Source: Flavobacteriales bacterium
Lineage (GTDB): Bacteria > Bacteroidota > Bacteroidia > Flavobacteriales_F > PHOS-HE28
Length of the DNA: 64,000 bases
Assembly (NCBI GenBank): GCA_044226515.1
Contig: JBGAGX010000011.1
Span: forward strand, 31,085 to 95,084
Reading direction: 5' to 3'
Shown here: positions 59,514 to 64,000 of the stretch, one piece after another
How positions within the stretch are numbered: the first letter of the stretch is position 1
Layout of the letters: each line of letters opens with the position of its first letter
Notes under the pieces: model-generated
Databases searched by the model: none
What the model saw: only the letters and a program-made list of their open reading frames with translations
What the model was told of the DNA's origin: nothing
Program-made: the position numbers and the translations under genes

Positions 59514-61934
59514 ATGGCCCGCCGCATCCCCGTCATCCTGTTGCTGCTCGCGATCCTCGGGTACGCGGGCTGGACCCTGTACCGGTGGAACGGCCCCATT
59601 ACGCGCAGCGCCGATCCGTGGCGCGCCCTGCCTGCGCAGACGGCCGTGGTGGTGGAGGTGCCCGCGCCCGTGGCCACCTGGGACCGCTGGACGCACACCG
59701 CGCAGCTGTGGGACGCGATCGGGCTGGCGGAGAACGCGCGCGAACTGGACGCCTTCATGAAGCGGGTGGCCGCCCTGGCCGAGGAGCAGCCCGAACTGGT
59801 GAAGGCCCTGGACCTGGGCAGCGCGCTCCTCGCCGTGCAGGGCAATGCGGAACGCACCGCCTGCCTCGCCATCGTGCCGCTGCGCCGCGACCTGAAGGGC
59901 CTGGATGAAGTGCGGCCTGAAGGCCCTGGACCTGGGCAGGCCCTCGGTGGACCCGCGCGCGCCCGCCTGGCAAGCGGCAACGCCAACGCCGTACCCCTGA
60001 GCACCGATGCGCCCTGGAGCGGCCTCCGGTTCGCGTGGAAGGACGGGCTCGCCCTCTTGAGCAGCGATGCCGCCGTGATCGATGATGCGCTGCTGGCCCT
60101 GGGCAACGATGCCTCCCCCGTGGACAGCACCTTCCTGCGCGCCCGGCGCACCCTGGGCGAAGGCACCGACGCCCATGTGCTGGTGCACGTGGACCGCACG
60201 CGCAGGATGCTCGGCCGCTGGCTCACCAACGCCACCATCGAGGACCTCCGCTGGCCGCAGGGCTGGCTCGCGCTCGATGTGCGCGTGCGTCCCGAGGCGC
60301 TGCTGCTCGGTGGCCTGCTGTTCCCCGAGGGACCGGACACGCTGCTGCGGGCCATCACCGGAGAAGGAACGGGGCGCACCGGTGTGATGCGTGTGCTGCC
60401 CACCAGCGTCACCACCTGCCGCGTGCAGCAGGTGGCCGACCCGCAGCGTTACCTCGCCGCGCGCGGTGCGGTGAACGACAGCCTCGCCGCCGCCACCTTC
60501 CTGTGGTGCCGCGGGGTGTTCGCGCTCGCCACCGCGCCCGACACCACGGCGAGCGGCCAGCGCACCTGGGCCGTGTTCCAGACGGACGATCCCGATGCGG
60601 CCTACGAGGCGCTCGCGCGGCTCTGTCCGCCGGGCGGCTGCGACACGGTCTCGTACCGCGGCGTGCGCCTGGTGCGCATGCCCGTGCCCGGCGCCCTGAG
60701 CGCAGTGCTCGGCGATGCGTTCGACGCGCTGGAACAGCCGTGGTACGCCCTGCTCGGCGACAAGGCCGTGTGCAGCGACCGGCTCGATGCGGTGAAGGAG
60801 GCCATCGACGCCAACCTCGACGGCCGCACGCTCGCCACCGACGAGCGCAACGCCGACTTCATGCTGCAGTTCGCCACCGACGCCGCCTACACCGTGTGGG
60901 CCGATGCGGGGCAGGCCCGCGCCACGCTCCGCACCCGGCTGCGCAGCGAGGCCGCCGGCACCCTCAACGACGGGCTGCTCGGCGGCCTGGGCCGATGCCT
61001 GCTGCAGCTGGGCACCCCGGTGAACGGCGCCTACCCCGTGGCCCTGTGCCTGCAGCACGGTTCCGCCGTTCCCCAGGCCGTGGGCACCTTGTGGACCACC
61101 AACGTGGGCCGCCCCATCGAACGCGGTCCCTTCGTGGTGCGCAACCACGTGAACAACACCCGAGAGGTGGTGGTGCAGGACGACGAGCACACGCTCTACC
61201 TGCTCGGCAGCACCGGCAGCGTGCTCTGGAAGCACCCGCTCGACGGGCCGATCCTCGGGGAGGTGCGCCAGGTGGACAAGTTCAGGAACGGCAAGCTGCA
61301 GCTGCTCTTCAACACCGCCGATCGCCTGCACCTGATCGACCGCAACGGCAAGGACCTCGCGGGCTTCCCGGTGAAGCTGCCCGAGGACGCGAGCGCCCCG
61401 CTCAACGTGTTCGACTACGAGGGCACCAAGGAGTACCGCGTGCTGCTGCCCACGGTGGGCGCCAAGCTGCTCAACTACGACCTCAGCGGGCGCGCGGTGC
61501 AGGGCTGGATGCCGCCCTCCACGCCCGCGCCCTGCGAGGTGCCTGTGCAGCACCTGCGCATCCGCGCGAAGGACCACCTGGTGCTGGTGGACAAGAACGG
61601 CGGCCTCACCGTGCTCGACCGCAAGGGCGCTCCGCGCTACGCGGCGAAGGGGCAGGTGCCCTCGGGCGGCAAGCCCACGGGTCTGCGCGCAGCGCTCGAC
61701 ATCGGGCAGTGCAGCGTGCTGTGGACGGATGGCGCGGGCCAGCTCTTCGGCACCAGCTTCGACGGCAAGCGCACCGAGCCGCTCACCTCGGCCCTGGCCG
61801 AAGGCTCCAAGGGGCTCTACCTCTTCGCCGCCGGAAAGGGGCCGGTGACCGCCGACCTGAACCTCGACGGGGCGCCCGAGACCATCACCGCCAACGGCGA
61901 CGGCCGCGTGGTGGTGCAACGCGCGCAGCCATGA
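59514..61934 (+). CDS. large N-terminally anchored hypothetical protein (possibly DUF3352-like), C-terminal beta-propeller-like repeats
   Basis: ATG at 59514 ('MARRIPVILLLLAILGYAGWTLY' TM anchor). C-terminal region with repeated '...LLGSTGSVLWKHPLDG...LIDRNGKDLAGFPVKL...LVLVDKNGGLTVLDRKG' segments. Stop overlaps the trHb start. Confidence 0.6.
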   Translation: MARRIPVILLLLAILGYAGWTLYRWNGPITRSADPWRALPAQTAVVVEVPAPVATWDRWTHTAQLWDAIGLAENARELDAFMKRVAALAEEQPELVKALDLGSALLAVQGNAERTACLAIVPLRRDLKGLDEVRPEGPGPGQALGGPARARLASGNANAVPLSTDAPWSGLRFAWKDGLALLSSDAAVIDDALLALGNDASPVDSTFLRARRTLGEGTDAHVLVHVDRTRRMLGRWLTNATIEDLRWPQGWLALDVRVRPEALLLGGLLFPEGPDTLLRAITGEGTGRTGVMRVLPTSVTTCRVQQVADPQRYLAARGAVNDSLAAATFLWCRGVFALATAPDTTASGQRTWAVFQTDDPDAAYEALARLCPPGGCDTVSYRGVRLVRMPVPGALSAVLGDAFDALEQPWYALLGDKAVCSDRLDAVKEAIDANLDGRTLATDERNADFMLQFATDAAYTVWADAGQARATLRTRLRSEAAGTLNDGLLGGLGRCLLQLGTPVNGAYPVALCLQHGSAVPQAVGTLWTTNVGRPIERGPFVVRNHVNNTREVVVQDDEHTLYLLGSTGSVLWKHPLDGPILGEVRQVDKFRNGKLQLLFNTADRLHLIDRNGKDLAGFPVKLPEDASAPLNVFDYEGTKEYRVLLPTVGAKLLNYDLSGRAVQGWMPPSTPAPCEVPVQHLRIRAKDHLVLVDKNGGLTVLDRKGAPRYAAKGQVPSGGKPTGLRAALDIGQCSVLWTDGAGQLFGTSFDGKRTEPLTSALAEGSKGLYLFAAGKGPVTADLNLDGAPETITANGDGRVVVQRAQP

Positions 61935-62293
61935 GGGAACTCGCCGGCAGCGATGATGTGCGCGACCTGGTGAAGGCCTTCTACGACCGCCTGCTCGCGG
62001 ACCCGGAGATGCGGCACTTCTTCGCCGACCTCGACCTGCCGCACCACCTGCCGAAGATCGAAGCCTTCTGGCGCGGCGTGCTCTTCGGCGACCGCAGCTA
62101 CACCGGCGATCCGATGACCGCGCACATCGCGCTGAACAAGCGCCACCCGATGGAGCAGCACCATTTCGATCGCTGGCTCGCCCACTGGAACGCCACGCTC
62201 GACGCGCTCTTCACGGGGCCCAAGGCCGATGAGGCGAAGGCCCGCGCCGCGAGCATCGCGCCGGTGATGGCGTGGAAGGTGCGGAACAGCTGA
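61931..62293 (+). CDS. glbN: truncated hemoglobin (group I 2/2 globin)
   Basis: 'DLVKAFYDRLLADPEMRHFFADLDL..HLPKIEAFWRGVLFGDRSYTGDPMTAHIALNKRHPMEQHHFDRWLAHWNATLDALF' trHb fold. ATG at 61931 overlaps the upstream stop (ATGA). Confidence 0.7.
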   Translation: MRELAGSDDVRDLVKAFYDRLLADPEMRHFFADLDLPHHLPKIEAFWRGVLFGDRSYTGDPMTAHIALNKRHPMEQHHFDRWLAHWNATLDALFTGPKADEAKARAASIAPVMAWKVRNS

Positions 62294-62348
62294 GGTTTCC
62301 CACTCCTCACCCTCAGCGGTCTCCCGCAGGGGACCCTGAGGTCGACAC

Positions 62349-63332
62349 CTAGCGCTTCGGCTTGGTGAGCCGGATCACCTGCCCCGGCTTCAGCTTGTCG
62401 GCTACGTCGATGTTGTTGTACTGCGCCAGCTTGCTCGCCTTCACGCCGTAGTGCTGGCTGATGCCCCAGAGCGTTTCGCCCTGCACCACGGTGTGCGTAT
62501 CGGGGTGCTTCAGCTTGTTCCTCTTCGCCTGCAGGTACACCACCTGGCCCTCCACCAGCTGCTGGTCGGGCGCGCTCTCGTTCCACTTGGCCACGATGCC
62601 GCGCGGCAGCTCCAGCTCATCGGCGATGCTGCGGTAGGTGTCGCCGGCCCGCGCGTGGGTGATCTTCAGCCGCTGCTCCGAACGCAGCACCTCGCGCCCG
62701 GCGCCGATGGTCACCACGTTGCCATCGTCCTTCGGCTTGCCGTGTTTCGCGGGCTTGGTGCCGCCCGCGGCCGCCGGCTTCTTCGCGTAGCTCACGTCCA
62801 CCCCGCGGTCCAGCCTGTCCAGCTCGTAACGCTCGATGAGGCCGATGAGCTTCTCGGGGTAGCGCGGGTCGGTGGCGTAGCCGGCCTTCTTCAGTCCGTG
62901 CGCCCAGCCCTTGTAGTCCGTGGGCTTCAGCTCGAACAAGGCGGCGTACCGCGGCCGCTGCAGGAACTTGCTGTGGTCCTCGAAGCTGTCCTCGGCACGC
63001 TTGTACTTGCGGAAGCAGTCGTCCTTCTTGTCGTCATCGTGGTACACCTTGCCACCGGTCCAGTCGGGGGTGCACTTGATGCCGAAGTGGTTGTTGGCCT
63101 CGCGCGCCAGCTCGCTGTTGCCGTTGCGGCTTTCCAGCAGCCCCTGGGCCAGGGTGATGCTGGCGGGGATGCCGTGCTCCTTCATCTTCAGGATGGCCAC
63201 CGCCTTCCACTGCTCGATGTACTGCTCGGGGGTGAGGGGGTCGCCCGGGGCCTGTTCGCCCGCACGCACCCCCCCTTGCACCAGCAGCACCAACGCCGTC
63301 AAGGCGGTCCTTCCCATCACAGCGATCCTCAT
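62349..63332 (-). CDS. peptidoglycan hydrolase: glucosaminidase (FlgJ-like) domain + two LysM domains
   Basis: Trimmed to ATG at 63332 ('MRIAVMGRTALTALVLLVQ'). 'HGIPASITLAQGLLESRNGNSELAREANNHFGIKC' glucosaminidase. 'HTVVQGETLWGISQHYGVKASKLAQYNN' and 'ITHARAGDTYRSIADELELP' LysM. Confidence 0.8.
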   Translation of the reverse strand: MRIAVMGRTALTALVLLVQGGVRAGEQAPGDPLTPEQYIEQWKAVAILKMKEHGIPASITLAQGLLESRNGNSELAREANNHFGIKCTPDWTGGKVYHDDDKKDDCFRKYKRAEDSFEDHSKFLQRPRYAALFELKPTDYKGWAHGLKKAGYATDPRYPEKLIGLIERYELDRLDRGVDVSYAKKPAAAGGTKPAKHGKPKDDGNVVTIGAGREVLRSEQRLKITHARAGDTYRSIADELELPRGIVAKWNESAPDQQLVEGQVVYLQAKRNKLKHPDTHTVVQGETLWGISQHYGVKASKLAQYNNIDVADKLKPGQVIRLTKPKR

Positions 63333-63522
63333 GGTCTTTCGGGCCGTAGTTCGGCAAGGGACCAAGCTACCGGCGTGCCAGGGGCCTCTGGGCCCGCCCC
63401 CCGGCGCAGTACGCACGGCCCGTTGTGAATAGAACGCCCCCTGGACCGGGGATGGTGCGACGGGCCATCTTTGCGGCCGGAACGAACAGAGGACCGCGGG
63501 GCGGTGTTATGGCCACAGTACG

Positions 63523-63735
63523 ATGGACCGCACGGACGACCACAGCCTTCAGCCTTCCGATGGCGACCGCCAGGAGCGCTACGCCCGGCTGGGGTTGGCC
63601 CCGGGAGACTACTACTTCTCCAAGGAGGGCTTCCTGGTGTTCACCGAGCAATACCACCTGAAGCGGGGCTATTGCTGCCAGAGCGGGTGCCGGCACTGCC
63701 CGTTCGGCAACGCGCCCAAGCCCCGCAAGGGGTGA
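63523..63735 (+). CDS. DUF5522 family small Cys-rich protein
   Basis: 'FTEQYHLKRGYCCQSGCRHCPFG' is a conserved motif of this small Bacteroidota protein family (recalled). Confidence 0.55.
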   Translation: MDRTDDHSLQPSDGDRQERYARLGLAPGDYYFSKEGFLVFTEQYHLKRGYCCQSGCRHCPFGNAPKPRKG

Positions 63736-64000
63736 CCCGCATACGGATCGCAGGCGCCCGTGCGTTGTTCCTGCGGTGCGCTCCCTGAAGACCCCGCATG
63801 ACCGGTCGGCACGGAGCGGCACCGACCGCCGGTGAGGTAAGGCACCGGCGTCGGACGGATGACTACCTGCAAGGTGCTCATCTTCCGTGGGGGCGGAGGT
63901 CGAAAGGCCTCCGCTTCCTGTTTTCGGGCCCGTGGGCTCCGCAAGCGCTGAGCAGCTCCGGTTAGCTTTGCTGAACCCTGTACCGACCCGTGATGACGAC

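Noticed and set aside
62311-62341. Inverted repeat 'cctcag...ctgagg' between convergent trHb and peptidoglycan hydrolase genes
   Set aside because: Only 6-bp arms with a long loop and no T-tract on either strand. Too weak to call a terminator.
63669-63944. 91-aa minus ORF at window end
   Set aside because: No homology or codon-bias support. Overlaps the 3' flank of the DUF5522 gene. Likely spurious.
1-64000. Searched for CRISPR arrays, tRNA/rRNA genes, integrases/transposases
   Set aside because: No spaced direct-repeat arrays, no tRNA-like T-arm/anticodon-arm signatures and no recombinase-like ORFs were seen. The only short tandem repeat is the 7-bp array at 48478-48530.

Overview
This 64 kb window is a high-GC (about 67-70 %) stretch of a Bacteroidota chromosome. 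The main evidence for that assignment is a fused lpxC-fabZ gene, a PorX-type response regulator and many proteins ending in type IX secretion (T9SS) C-terminal sorting domains. Gene density is high on both strands. I found no rRNA, tRNA or CRISPR array.

The content falls into four groups:
- T9SS cargo: at least 10 secreted or adhesin genes, among them a 2,250-aa PKD/Ig-repeat giant with a type-B CTD, SprB-repeat, FG-GAP, LRR-like and BNR/Asp-box proteins, and a family of paralogs sharing a 'DPNDK...FQNTGTDTAF' module immediately upstream of the CTD.
- Housekeeping genes: fhs, aroB-aroA, proline dehydrogenase, a CoA-transferase, ald, tsaE, efp, rnhB and a truncated globin.
- Lipid A genes: lpxD, lpxC-fabZ, lpxA, an ABC ATPase, efp and a second lpxD copy.
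- A polysaccharide locus: a Wzy-like ligase, two tandem Wzz-like genes, a Wzx flippase, a TonB-C protein and a GT4 glycosyltransferase.

Anomalies flagged for follow-up:
- Two single-gene AT-rich islets (about 47 % GC). One carries an outer-membrane beta-barrel-like gene. The other carries an orphan HEPN-like gene with an Rx5H motif, which is the best candidate here for an undescribed single-gene defence/abortive-infection module.
- A decayed duplicate of the fhs 3' end flanking one cargo gene, which looks like an insertion scar.
- A heptanucleotide tandem repeat, CCCACTG(T) x about 6, in the promoter region of the second lpxD. This could be a phase-variable switch.
- A membrane-anchored Cys/His/Met-rich metallothionein-like protein.
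- A putative metal/heme cluster: a lipoprotein, DUF413 and a CxxCH heme-binding-domain protein.
- Tandem duplicated CMD/AhpD-like genes.

Many long ORFs in the six-frame track (for example 4648..6501 +, 6777..9419 +, 22369..25296 -, 26425..29304 -) are antisense artefacts of GC-rich coding sequence and are rejected. Two merged ORFs (10541..13054 -, 15102..18770 -) were trimmed to the real genes.
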